Notes under the pieces: generated by a model
Told to the model about the DNA's origin: nothing
The model's database searches: none
What the model saw: the letters and a program-made list of their open reading frames with translations, nothing else
Part shown: piece by piece, positions 37,399 to 49,934 of the stretch
Numbering within the stretch: the first letter of the stretch is position 1
Layout: each line of letters opens with the position of its first letter
Program-made: the position numbers and the translations under genes
NCBI GenBank assembly: GCA_002633005.1
Contig: NMRA01000584.1
Location: forward strand, 192,495-256,494
Length of the DNA stretch: 64,000 bases
Reading direction: 5' to 3'
Source: Phoronis australis
Taxonomy: Eukaryota > Animalia > Phoronida

Positions 37399-38341
37399 AT
37401 GAGCTTACCATGTGATTAAGTTTCGTCCCGATAATATTCAAATAGTGCTAAAAACAAAGACATGTTAAAACACGATCCTGGGCGTGGTGTATGGTCTGGT
37501 GAATTCTTACAACTGTTTTAGCATCGTTGATAGAACTTTGTTGAATGCCGTAGAGACCATCACAAACATGAATGTTGCGACAGTTCAGTTGAGATATTAA
37601 TCATTGTCTAGAAGCTGTTGGGTTGTCGTATCAACATAGAAGTGGAGCTGTGAGGTTTGTTATGGTGCTGTTCAAATGTTTTTGGAGCTTCGTCACGCTA
37701 TGGTGGGCTATAGTAGAGTACTAAGGATGCTCTTTTAGGATACTATGCCCATGTACACTAAGGTCCTTCTTGAGTCACCTGATGGTGGAGTGTTTGTTGG
37801 AGCTTCGCCATGCTATGATGGGCTATTTAAGGATGCTCTGTTACGATACCATGTACACTTAGGTCCTTGTTGGGTCATGGTGGAACGTTTGTTGGTCATC
37901 ACCCGTTCATTTTTGAGAGTCGCGTTCATGCATTTGATAGATAAGAACGCTGCAAATTGTTCGTGAGACATTTTTGAACAAGCGTTCAGCTAGTCGCTGT
38001 AACTTTGTCATGTGGACTCGGGGGCTTCGCAAGTTTTCCACACAATGACACAGCGACTGCTTGTTCAGAACAGCCTGCTGGCCGATTGTGTTACGGCGTG
38101 ATAGTGCGCATGCTGTGACAGGGGCGCGCTCTTCAACGCAATTTTATTACTGAGTTTATTTCGACTGTGCATTGTTGCTAGCGACTTGTTATTTGAAAGC
38201 ATAACACACCCTGAGCTAGGTATACAAATGACCATGCAGTTTTTAATAATCATATTCCGTAAAACATAAGACGTCATTCCATATGCGGCGTGTACATGCA
38301 TGGCATAAAGCACCGCTCTCATGGTATTACAAATTTTCCAG

Positions 38342-38495
38342 GACATTTTTATCTGTACTTGAAGTATCAGGAATCAACGACAAACTAAACAATATGGGGA
38401 ACTATACTCTGTTCGCACCAACTGACGATGCATTTGAAGCGTTGGAAACAAGCTTTCTGGAAAGTCTCTTCTTCGATCCTGATAAGCTGGAAACG
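38342..38495 (+). CDS. TGFBI/POSTN: TGFBI/periostin-like exon 12 (FAS1-4)
   Basis: GNYTLFAPTDDAF. Confidence 0.92.
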
Positions 38496-38588
38496 GTAAC
38501 TTGAAGTAGTCATAGCCGTCTAAACATCCTTCTTATCATACTGTAAAGTCTTTTTACTTTTAACAGCCAAAATGTATTCCCAAATGAA

Positions 38589-38665
38589 GGAGGCAGTGTG
38601 ACCTAGTAATATAAGTGTAAACTTCCTTTGCTCAAGGTCGAGGGTTCAAGTCCAACACACAGTGT
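38589..38665 (+). mobile_element. tRNA-derived SINE head
   Basis: GGAGGCAGTGTGACCTAGT A-box region and GGTTCAAGTCC B box; homologous to 48956-49066 and 49822-49934. Confidence 0.65.
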
Positions 38666-38958
38666 ATATATTTATAAATCATAAAATGTTTGCTGCGCAA
38701 TGGGCCTATCTGAGCGGCCAAGGCACACTTGGTACGTGTACCAGACCCCCTGCCGATATTTTTCTTGTTTCCAAAAGATGCTTTTCCAAACTCCATACCT
38801 TTACATGACACAAGAAACTTTCTTGGGGAATCTTTTGCTAATTTTCAACAACAACATCCCTGTACAACCTGCCTACACTGCAGATAAGTTTTCGATATAG
38901 GAATAAATTGTAACTGGAGAACTGATTTGCTGATAACCACATTGATCCTCATTTTCAG

Positions 38959-39171
38959 ATACTACGTCACCACATCCTACCACAGACTATATTCGGTTTC
39001 AACTTGAGACCACCGCTGTATTATCACTTCACCTCAGCAGCAGGCAGAAAAGTAAAACTACAGCGACTGACAGACCACACGCTTATAGTCGGCAACGGAA
39101 GCGCCTTGCGAGAGGACGTATTCGCCAATAATGGAAACATGTTCATCATAGACACCGTGTTACAAGTATAG
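38959..39171 (+). CDS. TGFBI/POSTN: TGFBI/periostin-like exon 13 (end of FAS1-4, stop)
   Basis: ILRHHI...ANNGNMFIIDTVLQV*; exon lengths sum to 1950 nt, a multiple of 3. Confidence 0.92.
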   Translation: MLRHHILPQTIFGFNLRPPLYYHFTSAAGRKVKLQRLTDHTLIVGNGSALREDVFANNGNMFIIDTVLQV

Positions 39172-39800
39172 GATCCCCGGCCAAAATTTTAGATTAAATT
39201 GCAGAAATCTGACACCAGGGTGGAGTTTCGTAGACGCAAGAATCTCGCCAAAGAAGCTAATGTGACCAGGTGTTTCACTTGTAATGCATGACCATATTTC
39301 GCGAAGTCACGCGTGGTCTTGCGTTTCCACGAGGTTCTCACTTCTACAAAACGCAAGCCTCTTCCGTAAGTCAAGCGTGATCACGCGCTCCATTTCTAAT
39401 GCAAGGCGACATTTTGCGTGATCTCGTCAAAATCACAAGACACTAGCCTTGCAGAACCCAGTCGTTTGCATGGCAAACTGACAGTCTTTTCGAGACAGCT
39501 CCGCGAGCGGTCATGACCAAAAGTCAAATAGAGCGCCACAGGTACATATTATCCTCACTTTGCAGAAGGTGGAGGGTGAAAATGCACCTGGGGTCAAACG
39601 TTTCTTCCAATCTGCCACTTATCACCACCGCAGCAGGTGCTAAACTGTTGTCTACCACCCTGCTTGATTAGTAATGTCTAATAAGGTAGAGTCGACTCAA
39701 AACGAGGATAAGACTCTTTTTAATTGATGATCACTTTCTTCTGTTTAATTATGCATGTCTCCACTTCTGGGAGAGGAACTAGCTGCTACTTGTCAAACAA

Positions 39801-39806
39801 AATAAA
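39801..39806 (+). terminator. Candidate polyadenylation signal of the fasciclin gene
   Basis: First AATAAA I found downstream of the stop codon. Confidence 0.5.
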
Positions 39807-39927
39807 ACAGATTACAAATGTAAAAATCTATTTTTTATAACTTAGTAATACATTTCAAAAATATCGCAAAAGTACAGTGTATGACCATTCATTCACCTGC
39901 AACAACTTAAGTGGAGCTTACATCATG

Positions 39928-40065
39928 TCAAAATATGAAGCGAGGTGAATCCAGAGAATTATTGAAGTGACCTCCGCAGCTACTGGGAGGGTCGTCGTCG
40001 CTAGAGTCATCCCGACGACGTGTAATGGTTTTCGCGCGAGATTTTCGTATCATGGCTTGGAGTTC
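39928..40065 (-). CDS. USP38: USP35/USP38-like deubiquitinase, last coding exon
   Basis: ttctgttttgcag acceptor; DDDPPSSCGG..PRFIF* resembles the USP38 C-terminus DDNDPPGSCG..RLVF. Confidence 0.88.
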   Translation of the reverse strand, partial: ELQAMIRKSRAKTITRRRDDSSDDDPPSSCGGHFNNSLDSPRFIF

Positions 40066-40613
40066 CTGCAAAACAGAAGCACGTGTTTGATAACTAGCAT
40101 CAGTATCCGTATTGACCGTGGTCATTGACGGTAAAGGAATCTGAAATGGTGATGGAAAAAGAGATACATGTAATAATCAGGGTGCTGACATTACAACATT
40201 CTCTCCTTCAGCTTTACACAAGCTGATGAGTTCAACTTAGTTGTTTCAACTGCCCAACTTCAATGTGTTGTGTAGTTGTACACCTCCCAACTAGCAGAGA
40301 TGGCTTGCACAATTTTGATTGTTGCAAGAAGTCAAAGCATTGTTCCATGATTATAGCGATGATAGCAGTGGTGAGTGAGACAATGATAATGATGAAGGTG
40401 ACAATAATATTTAATGAAGATGACAGGAAAATGAAAGAAGAGAAAACATGAAATACACAATAGGTGGGACTTCCTGGATTCAAAATGAAGAAACAATTTC
40501 ACAGTTTTGGACTGTGTCTGAGGCAAAATAAGGGATTAAAGGGCACCACGTATCCCCTGCAAACCTTCATCACGCCAGCAATAGTACACAACATGTTCAG
40601 GTTAGAAACTTAC

Positions 40614-41966
40614 TTGTCTGTACTTGTCATTATCCCTCTGCACAGCCGAGAGCAGCTCCACAGGACATGACACGTCCACCTCTTCAGAAGCCTCATTGAG
40701 AAGCGTATAAAACAGCATGTATGGTGTGTCACGGTGATACTTCTGCGTAATGTTTATAAAGTCTGCGCATTTCTTCTCTGTCACCGTTTCATCATTTGCC
40801 AAGAACCACTTGTCTTCCAACAAGTCCTCACATTCCTCAACACCGGTGGAATTCATTGATGCTATTGGCCGACGGGTCATGTGACGAGTGTAGACGTAGT
40901 AGTGCCCTCCATGAGGGGAAATCCCTGAGTGAATGATGACACTGGTCAAAACGAAAACGGGTGTGGACGAGCTACCATCTGGGGATTGAGAAACACCTGG
41001 CCCAGGTAACATTAGTACCAATGGGAACTTGACATCACCCGATATCTTAGAGGTGCTGTTAGTTTTGGGCTCATACTTAAACCTCATTAACGTCAGCACC
41101 AGTGTCTGTGGTAACTGCTTGATTAACACTCGCCTTTCAGCATCACGTAACGCTTGACAACTGCCACAGTGGAACTGATTGACTCCTTCCAACTTCTCTG
41201 CATTGAAATACTCCTTCAGCATGTCGGTTAGCAAGTGACACCTCTTTCCTGTGCTGGAATTCACACATGGCTTTCCAGTCAGACTCTCAGAAAAGGCAAG
41301 AGTTATATCCACAAAGGTTTCTGTGCGACACGAAACACTGCTACACGACAAACACGTTATACAACTCTCTAGAGTTCCCCCAATGCTCTTCGTCACGGAC
41401 AGCTTCTCAAAGTCTTTCAATGGCAAAGGGACACTAACAGGCCCTTCCACTCCATCAGTCATACCATGTTGCTCATTCGCAGACTCCGACTCAGTATAAG
41501 CAACTTTGACATTACTGTCCATTTTCTCACACGCTATTTTCCTGCCCTGCTGTATTGACCTTGCAACCACCATGTTTACACTACTGCACAATTCTCTTTT
41601 CTCATCACCCGTATCATCTTGTAAATCGTCAGACATAGACTTCATCTGTGCTACTGCCACATCACAGACTGGGTTTCTGCTTGGAGTACTCCCACAGTCA
41701 GTCCCCTCACAAGACTTCGCCATCATACCCAGGCTCAACTTGCTTGTCAAAGTACTCACTTTCCTCACCACACTTCTTACTGTGGAACCATGTCCAGAAG
41801 TCTCGCCGGCGACGGCATTCAAGCCCGTCTTCACTGTGTTCATATACTCGTCGTGTAAGTGGTTTAGGAGATAGCGAAGGTACTCCGCCGCATCCTGCTG
41901 CGTGCCCAGAGTGAAGTAGCTGGGGCGACATCTGTTGGAGAACGACTCCGCGCAATAATACGGTCG
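40614..41966 (-). CDS. USP38: USP35/USP38-like large exon: catalytic domain from the QQD box to the His box
   Basis: QQDAAEYLRYLL, CLSC and CGSC zinc motifs, LTLMRF, HSGISPHGGHYY, WFLAND, TPYMLFY; ag/gt boundaries. Confidence 0.95.
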
Positions 41967-42276
41967 CTGACAGAGAGAAGAAACAGATCAATTAGTCAAT
42001 GAGTGTAATCTTCAGAAAGGGAAGAGAGAATTGACAAATGAAAATCTGGTTGATAGGTGATAAAAATATGACAGGGTAAGAATAAAGAGGCAGGAACCTG
42101 CATTCCACCACAAAAAGCCAACCTTTGAGACCACTTGCCCTGATAAAATGAGCCTCCAACAGTTCCTTAGTCAAACTGGCTGTGATTTCAAGACTGAAAG
42201 AACTGCTAGTTCATCACTGCTTGACACCAAGCTCTACAACGTGTTATGGCATGTGATTTTGTGTCGAGCATGGTCT

Positions 42277-42642
42277 TAAAGATGTATCTGCATGCTCCAA
42301 ACTAACAGGAACTAACAACGACAATGCTATTTTAACATAATCTACACTTAACTAAGTGCAGTTGTATTCCTAGACAACTTGCAAATATGTAAACAAGAAA
42401 TTCTGCAAAATCGGCGACCTTTGCAAAAATGACATACATTGCAGGCCCTCATAGCCTGCATCATGTTGTGTTATTCCCGAGCACAATGTCACGATACTGA
42501 TGTGCCACAAAACTCGTTCTTAAAACATTTGGCAATTTTCAACGTATTTCATATTCACATCATCGCGGTATGTTTTCTGTTTTTAAATAATTTGGCCACA
42601 TAATGACAGAGATAAGGAATTAGCCTGCAAGTGCCACTTTAA
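42277..42642. mobile_element. Possible Kolobok-type MITE
   Basis: TTAAAG..TGCATGCT and AGCCTGCAAGTGCCACTTTAA: imperfect TIRs with TTAA. Confidence 0.35.
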
Positions 42643-43162
42643 GGAATAATGAATAGTCATTTTGTTGCAAAACCAAAAATCAATTCAGGAACAAGTTGAG
42701 ACTAATTGTATAGCGGTAAGTGATATAAATCAAAAAATTTGCTTTTTAGTTGGAGGGCAGGTTTGAAAGAGCAATAGCTACTCTCCATGGCTGCAGTGAC
42801 TCATGAATAAACTGGAGATAATCCTTAGGCAAACTTTGTCAGTTTTCCTTAGAGCTGGCTATGTCAACTTGGTAGTCGTTTTCTGGTCCTCAAAGGATAT
42901 CAACTAATGTTTTATTGGATAAACCAGATATTAACCCATGTTTGATTGGATAATAAAACCAGAATTCATTTTTATTGGATAAACCAGACATTAACTGATG
43001 TTTAACAGGATAAACCAATTATCACCACACTGATGGCCGCTAAATGGAGGACAGAACCAGTGGAAGACAACTCAACAGTAACTTCAATTTTTAACTATTG
43101 GCAACGTGCATACACTTCATAAATGACAACAAAATTCATCAAAATTCAAGAATATTCAGTAC

Positions 43163-43256
43163 CTGGGAATATTTAAGGAATGAGAACACCCTTTGAAGCT
43201 CTTTAAAGGAGGGTTCCATGGAAGTGACATCATAGCCTAGAATCTCATTGCGAAAC
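43163..43256 (-). CDS. USP38: USP35/USP38-like exon
   Basis: FRNEIL..ELQRVFSFLKYSQ; phases consistent. Confidence 0.92.
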
Positions 43257-44025
43257 CTGAAATAATGAGAATGGTTTAGCATTAATTAACAAGCAGGCCA
43301 ACTTCATAACTGTCACAACTGCCCAAATATGCAGTGATGACAATTGCTTCCTAAAGATCAAGCGCCATTTAGGTACAATGAATCAAACTGTGATCTAATG
43401 ATCCTAAGCTCTCGGTGAGATAAGTTTGAATGATGCGTAGTACACATCAATCACCAAACATTGTAAGCACAGGCTATTGACACACAAGCGCCTGATGCCA
43501 ATGAGTAACATTCACAATCTCGTATTCAACTTGTTGCCAATCCTTGAAAAATGTTGCAGTTCAAAGAGGGACAACATTTAACATATTAAGTGTTATAATG
43601 AAGTAGGCCACATCGACCAAAAACAAACACACAATGTGTGAATAATGGCTTGGAACAATCATACTTGTTTTGATTTGTCCGTGCAAAGCTTAACCACTTT
43701 AAAGCTGCATATCACATGGTTAAGCAGTAATCTTTCTCCATTACCATCAGCGACTCAAGAATCAGTTTACTGAACTTGACCAACCCTACACTTGCATAAA
43801 TCGAAAACGGCAAACGTAGGTATTGCTTTCGACTTGAGATAGAAATGAAATCCTATTGCCTACCTATTTTATGTGAGAAAAAGGACAAATTCAATTTTTG
43901 TTTTCTAACCAGCTAAACAGCGCATAATGGAGCTTTATATATCAAATGTTATCAAAAATAGGAATAGTTTCTAAATCTCAGCAAAGAGGCACTTGTCTCA
44001 AGGGTAAGCCTTAATGCTTAATTGC

Positions 44026-44366
44026 TACAAGGATTTTCCGTCGATAAGCCCATGGGCGTGTATTCAGAAAATAAAAATTTCAGGTATTTTAGTAACATCA
44101 AATAAATGCCCGGGCATAGTTCGCCAAAACCTTGCTCATTTTTACATAGCATAAATTCTCCACAAAACTAAATTTGTGAGAAAAAGTTGACGCTGAGTGG
44201 GCTTTAAAGAGGAAATTTTCTGAATAAACGCCTCACTATCTGGGCACTTGACACCAGGAGTTAGAACACCAAATAAATGCCCATGGGTGTTTATTCGGCA
44301 TAATTTTCCGTAGAAACACCCATTGGCGTTACATCGGGTGGGCTTATCTACAGAAAATCCCAGTAG
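44026..44366. mobile_element. pogo/Tc1-mariner-like MITE
   Basis: TACAAGGATTTTCCGTCGATAAGCCCA inverted to TGGGCTTATCTACAGAAAATCCCAGTA. Confidence 0.6.
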
Positions 44367-44471
44367 CTTGACATCTACATCACTTCTCTAAAAATCACAT
44401 GATACAAGATGGTGCGATGTCACTGTAAGCATGTTTTTCACAAAAGAGTCCCAGGTCTTTTTATCAGCTAC

Positions 44472-44671
44472 CTGTCGATAAAGTACAGCGCCTGTAGGCA
44501 ACTGTTGATGTAGCAGGTATTGCCGAGATTCTCCAGTCCAATATTCTCATCTCTCTGCACCACCAGCGATGCGTTGGCTTTCCTAGGAGAGTACAGGACA
44601 TCTGGAGTCATGCGCCAGCCATGAGAGGGTGCAGACCATGGCAATGCAGTGGACGGAAGCTGTGGATACCC
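44472..44671 (-). CDS. USP38: USP35/USP38-like exon containing the Cys box
   Basis: GLENLGNTCYINSCLQAL with the catalytic Cys intact. Confidence 0.95.
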
Positions 44672-45124
44672 CTAGAAATGAAACCAGGCTCTCAAGGCCA
44701 AGGCTGCTTACCATACAACAACTTTGACAATGACACGCAGTGAAATTGTAAATATAATATGTACTTAACAAATAACATTCATTTGACCTTGGAATATGAA
44801 TTCAAGCATCTTCGGTGAAAAAACAGATCGCCACGAATTTCGTCTGAATTCCTACTTTATTAATAGAAATTAATCTTGGGAGAACTGGCAATTTGTTGTT
44901 GAAGACAGAACACAATAACATGGAACTGACAACCTGTCATTTTATGAGTCAACAACAATATGGTTGTCACTCAAATGGAATCCGGGTGATTCTGTGACCA
45001 AACACTACCCAGTGCACTGGAATGTTACACATACAACCATCTCAAGATTTATAGTGGCTATATAAACTGCCTTTTGTCAAAAAAAATCGAATAATCAGAT
45101 TTAGATCATTTACCTAATGAAGTT

Positions 45125-45450
45125 GGGCCCCCACCTCTCCCCCCCNCCCCCCCCCCCCTTGGTTGCCGCAAACAAAATGGAACAGCAACAGTGTGAAGCG
45201 TGAGGACATATTGAGTTCAGTAACTAGAACTGACAGTGGATTAGAGGGGGGGGGGCTCAGACCTCAGACCGCGGCGGAATCGTGTCGCCATTTTTTTGTT
45301 TAATCCACCGACAGATTTTCCAAACCTAAGGTCCATATCCCCATTCCCGGCAACTTTCAGGCCGCCTGTGAAAATGCAATCGCGCTTTGCCCAACTCCCC
45401 GTGGCAACATGTTGGGCCCCCTCTCTTAAGGTATCCTAGATCCGCCACTG
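45125..45450. mobile_element. G/C-run-rich small non-autonomous element, same family as 47236-47830
   Basis: Shared blocks AAAATG.AACAGCAACA, ATATTGAGTT, CTTTGCCCAA, GGTATCCTAGATC.GCCAC. Confidence 0.55.
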
Positions 45451-45690
45451 AAACTTGTCTTCAGTTGTTTGGAAGGAATTGTCAATTCATTATTGCTTGA
45501 CACTAGGCTCTGTCAGTTCCTTGCAAGACAAAAGAATCTCTTCTCATTTGAGTAACACACAAGAAGAAACCAATTTTTGTAGTTACTGTAGTGAATGACC
45601 CAAATCAAAATTCAGTAGAGTGGAATGCTTTAACCACAATGTATTTATACCAAAAAAAGATGAGAGGTCCAACAGAATTAGAATGCTTAC

Positions 45691-45855
45691 CTTCAAGGTG
45701 CTCAAAACAACATCATAAATATCTGGATACCCAGGGTGAGCATCAATCTGTGCATAGCACAGTTTTACTACCCTGGGTATCAGAGGTGTGTATACCGAGT
45801 GGTTTGAAGACAACTTGGTCATTGCAGTTAGCAGGTCAGGAATTAATGGACACAC
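45691..45855 (-). CDS. USP38: USP35/USP38-like exon (N-terminal helical region)
   Basis: HPGYPDIY resembles USP38 GFPDLY; phase 0/0. Confidence 0.9.
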
Positions 45856-45952
45856 CTGAAAAGATTAAAAGACAATCGGAGGTAGCAATCAATTATTGCA
45901 TATTGTCTGAACCAGTACATAAATGTACATGATTGTCCAGTTATGTATTAAG

Positions 45953-46330
45953 TGCCCAGATGCATGAAACAGCCCCAAATAGGAACTCACCTAATATGTT
46001 CCCTAAATCTTTTGCATATCTGATCTGTTCTTTACTCACAGATGTTATATTCTTCAAACATTTTATCTTTATCACGAGCTCCTGTTTGACTCATGACATA
46101 TTCTAATACACTATAACTAAAAACTGAGCCCTTAATTCAATCAAAATAATTGGGAACTTATAGTTCTTAATTTAGAGGCATTGCATGAAAAGGTCCCTAT
46201 TATTCAATAATATTGAGAATTCAACGTAGAGTTTACTCTCGATTAGTATCAAAGCCGAAAATTGACTTAGTAATGTGACTCAAACAGCATAAGAAAGGAG
46301 AATCAGTCTTTTCACAAACCCACAAATACG
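45953..46330. mobile_element. Partial MITE, homolog of 55149-55602
   Basis: Shared ATGAAAC..CCCAAATAGG.ACTCA end and CTAAAAACTGAGCCC, TTGCATGAAAAG blocks. Confidence 0.6.
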
Positions 46331-46619
46331 CAGCAAATTTAGGGAACTGCATCACGCAACCAGACAAAGGTTTCCTGGGCATTAAGCTACACAAATCTGG
46401 GGTCCCTGGGGTCCGTTTCATGAAAGTGACTTAAAACCACTTCACATATGATGAAAAAAGGTTATCCACATAATTATGAGCACACCACATTCCAGAAATA
46501 ATGTAATTGTCTCTCAACTAGAAGTTATGTGTATATTTTCAGAGACCCTGAATCTTTCCTCAAATGAGATTTAATAATTTTTCAGAAACTGTTGTGTGGA
46601 GAGTACCAGAAGTTCTTAC

Positions 46620-46830
46620 GAAAGATAAAAATTCTTAGTAATGTGACAGAATGATAAAAGTGAACACTTTTGTACCCAAAGATCTTGGTATGCACTCCAC
46701 ATTAACACAAAGTGGCATTCGTCTTCCACACAACCCAAATTACATAACTTACACAGCCTATTTTCATAAAGGAATACTCGTGTGGTGACCTCTTTCCACA
46801 AGCAATAGAAACTTTGACACCAATTCATAT
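46620..46830 (-). mobile_element. 3' fragment of an RTEX-like LINE
   Basis: RLCKLCNLGCVEDECHFVL..Y.DL CCHC-type tail. Confidence 0.65.
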
Positions 46831-47235
46831 CGAAGCGTATGCATACATATTTAGTAAAACCCTACCATAAGCCAAACTCTAAGTCTAGACAATAGTTATC
46901 ACACTAGATAATTATTTATATCATTGTGTTCAACCCCATTACAGATCTGTTTTAAAACTTTAGGCTACCAGCAATTACAGTGCACTACACAACAACAATG
47001 TCCAAAAACGACCAGGAGTTCCCCAAGGCGGCGGCATGCTGCACATTGTGACCAGACCTGATGGAGAATTTACAGGAAATTGAAGAAGCCACCATTCTTG
47101 GACTATTATTTTGATTTTGTGGCAACGACAAGTCATCGCAAGCCCTTTTATATTTTGTCATTGATAAGGTGAGACAGTAAAGGTTTTTGCAACTCCATGG
47201 CACAGGTTTAACAAGGCGGAGACTACTAGACTCCC

Positions 47236-47830
47236 ATAGGCAGATTTAGGGGGGGGGGCAGTGGGCCCACACCACCCCCCCCCTGGCTGCTGCAAGTAAA
47301 ATGAAACAGCAACAATGTAAAGCACGAAGAAATATTGAGTTTGGCACCTAGGGGGGAAGGGAGGGGGGGTGGGGGGGCCTGGTCCAGGCACAGGCCTCAG
47401 ATCGCGGTGGAATCGTGTTCCCATTTTTTTAGTCCACAGATTTTCTGAACAGGGGGTGGCACATCCCCGACCCCTGCACCTTTCGGGCCGCCTGTGCACA
47501 TACAATTGCACTTTGCCCATTCCCCGAGATAACATGTTGGACCCCCCCTCTTGGTATCCTAGATCTGCCACAGACTCTGACGTCANAAACAGGAAATATT
47601 GAGTTTGGCACCTAGGGGGGAAGGGAGAGAGGGTGGGGGGGCAGGCCCAGGCCCAGGCCCAGGCCCCAGATCGCCGTGGAATTGTGTTCCCATTTTTTTT
47701 TAGTCCACAGATTTTCTGATCAGGGGGTGGCACATCCCCGACACCTGTACCTTTCGGGCCGCCTGTGCACATACAATTGCACTTTGCCCAATTCCCCAAG
47801 ACAACATGTTGGACCTCCCCTCATGGTATC
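47236..47830. mobile_element. G-run-rich non-autonomous element with an internal tandem duplication (~260 bp)
   Basis: CATAGGCAGATTTAG / CTAGATCTGCCACAG ends; 47330-47580 is repeated at 47594-47840. Confidence 0.6.
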
Positions 47831-47867
47831 CTCTGACGTCATGTAACCCATAACAATCTGCCCTTAC

Positions 47868-47969
47868 CTTATGAAACAGACACGCACTGTGCTGATACAC
47901 AGAAAGTAAATACTCCATCATGTTCAAGCATGTTTCAACAACATGCGGTAGCTCCATTTTCTTGAGGAA
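47868..47969 (-). CDS. USP38: USP35/USP38-like exon
   Basis: LLSVYQHSACLFHK resembles the family YQHS...FH motif; ag/gt boundaries. Confidence 0.9.
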
Positions 47970-48955
47970 CTGAAAACAGTCAACAAAATTAGAAATGAAG
48001 TACAGAGCATAAAGTACCATGAACATTAAAGGGGACAGCAGTTACGTTTAGGGAAAATACAGAAACCTGATTATCTTAAAGATTACTGTTCCGTTGATAT
48101 GTATTTTCTACCCTTGGAACAAGTGACATCAGTGGCCGCTACTTGCTTAGAATTGCAGTCACTTTCATTGAGCAAACACAATTTTCTAATTGCTCTTGAA
48201 CACAGTATGTGTCTGTCGTTCAGGTTTGCTCAAGAGACGTGAATGCAGCACCAACATATGGGCCTTTTGCTCCAGCTCATTTACATTATTATCTATTGTT
48301 CCATGTAACGCAATGCTACATGTCAAGGGATTTCAGCAGCATTTTGGAATTTGCTTTCCAGTAAAATGCATTGCAAACACTCAGTGAGTTTCTGACAGAC
48401 TTTCAGAAATCAGTTGATATTAGCAAAATTGACATTTTCCTGTTAAGAACAATTTCCAACCACTGAACAGTTATAATTCTTATATAATAATGTCAAGACC
48501 AGGATCATGTTGAAATGCTCTATATGAATTGGAATGCCACAAAGGTAATCAACACTATTCAGGGGATTCCATACCAAAGGATATTCCACACCATACACGA
48601 GTCTCTGTGTCTGATAAGAAGCAGGAAGATGTTATATAGTTTTCAAACAGAAATGAACATCGAAATTCGACAGTTTGTATGCACAAGTCTGTGACTAAAC
48701 AGTCATTTCTTTTCGACTAGACTCGGTTTCAATTCAGGAAATATCTAAACACAACATCTCTGGTTTTGCTCCGTGCACTTTGTCGAAATTACAACTTTCA
48801 AAGTTAAACAAACAAATAGCGGTCACGCAAAATATATAAAAAAATTGCAGGCGGTCTGGTACATGTTGTACCAGATATAACTAGGCTGCTCAGATGGGCC
48901 CATTGCACTATCACCTGGAACCATTTTTATGCTTTAATAACATATAGTTATAACC

Positions 48956-49066
48956 GAGGAGCTAGAGTCCTGACTCAAGGGTCTAGCAGTGTGCCTCAGT
49001 GGGACTTGAACTCATGACCTCACGTAAAGGAAGCAACACATATTCCACTAGACCACACTGCCTCCT
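48956..49066 (-). mobile_element. tRNA-derived SINE
   Basis: - strand GGAGGCAGTGTGGTCTAGTGG...GAGTTCAAGTCCC. Confidence 0.7.
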
Positions 49067-49536
49067 CAAGGTCAGGCACAATACTTTTACATTAAAATCT
49101 GACTAAATTTTGACAACTATTAATTTGATTAAACTGCCAAAAAATTCTGATAAGAAGTTTGTCTTAGTTTGGCAGACTCACACAGAGATTTGTCAAAGTC
49201 TGTCCAGCTTAGTTTGAAAACTACTCTCAGTACATTACCACTATCAAACTTATTGGCTTTTTGTTGAGAATTTTTAGTTACAGAAATCGACTTCTTAAAT
49301 AAGTCATCTACCTGCTCATGAAATAACAACAGAGTAGTGAGAGTAGTCATTTCTAGACATCAGTATTGACAAGTTTCAAGTTGTGGTTTCACTTTAAAAG
49401 AGCTGAACACCAAATGAATCTAGAATGTTAAACTTTATGTTTCAAACCTAAACAGGCTGATTTTGAACGGTTTGCAACCAAATAACGAGTCAAAGACTAA
49501 TCGTTCTAAAGCAAATAGTATGCCATAGTTGCGCAC

Positions 49537-49679
49537 CATTTCGATGTTGTCTTCGGCAAACTGGACGCAGATGTAGACCTTATCATTGCTGGCTATACTG
49601 TTCAACAGTGCCTGCAGCCAGACATCCACGTTTTCTACAGTCGGCCAACTGAGCCAAGCTTGCAGGCACATTAGGGCAG
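49537..49679 (-). CDS. USP38: USP35/USP38-like exon
   Basis: WLSWPTVENVDVW resembles the USP38 WLSWP...VDTW motif. Confidence 0.93.
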
Positions 49680-49821
49680 CTGAAACAGGGAGATAACTTC
49701 TTAGTGTGACTTTGAAACATGCATATTACTGTCGCAGTCTTAAAATGTGAATAGGTCGACAATGGTTCCGTAATTTCAAACTACAAAGAAATAACCACAT
49801 ACAATTTATCATTACAAGCCT

Positions 49822-49934
49822 CTGAGGAGCTAGAAACCTGACTCAAGGGTCTACAGTGTGCCTCAATGGAAATTGAACCTACAACCTTGAGTAAAGGAAG
49901 TAGGCACTTATCCCACATAGCAACACTGCCTCCT
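49822..49934 (-). mobile_element. tRNA-derived SINE
   Basis: Co-linear with 48956-49066 (CCTGACTCAAGGGTCTA..CAGTGTGCCTCA). Confidence 0.7.

Noticed and set aside
41400-41840. Long low-complexity insertion within the USP catalytic domain
   Set aside because: USP35/38 proteins normally have an insertion at this position, so it is not novel
41251-41914. + strand ORFs overlapping the USP exon, also 50815-51716
   Set aside because: Antisense shadows of real coding exons
47158-47799. 213-aa Pro/Gly-rich ORF
   Set aside because: Lies wholly in a duplicated G/C-run repeat and contains an N
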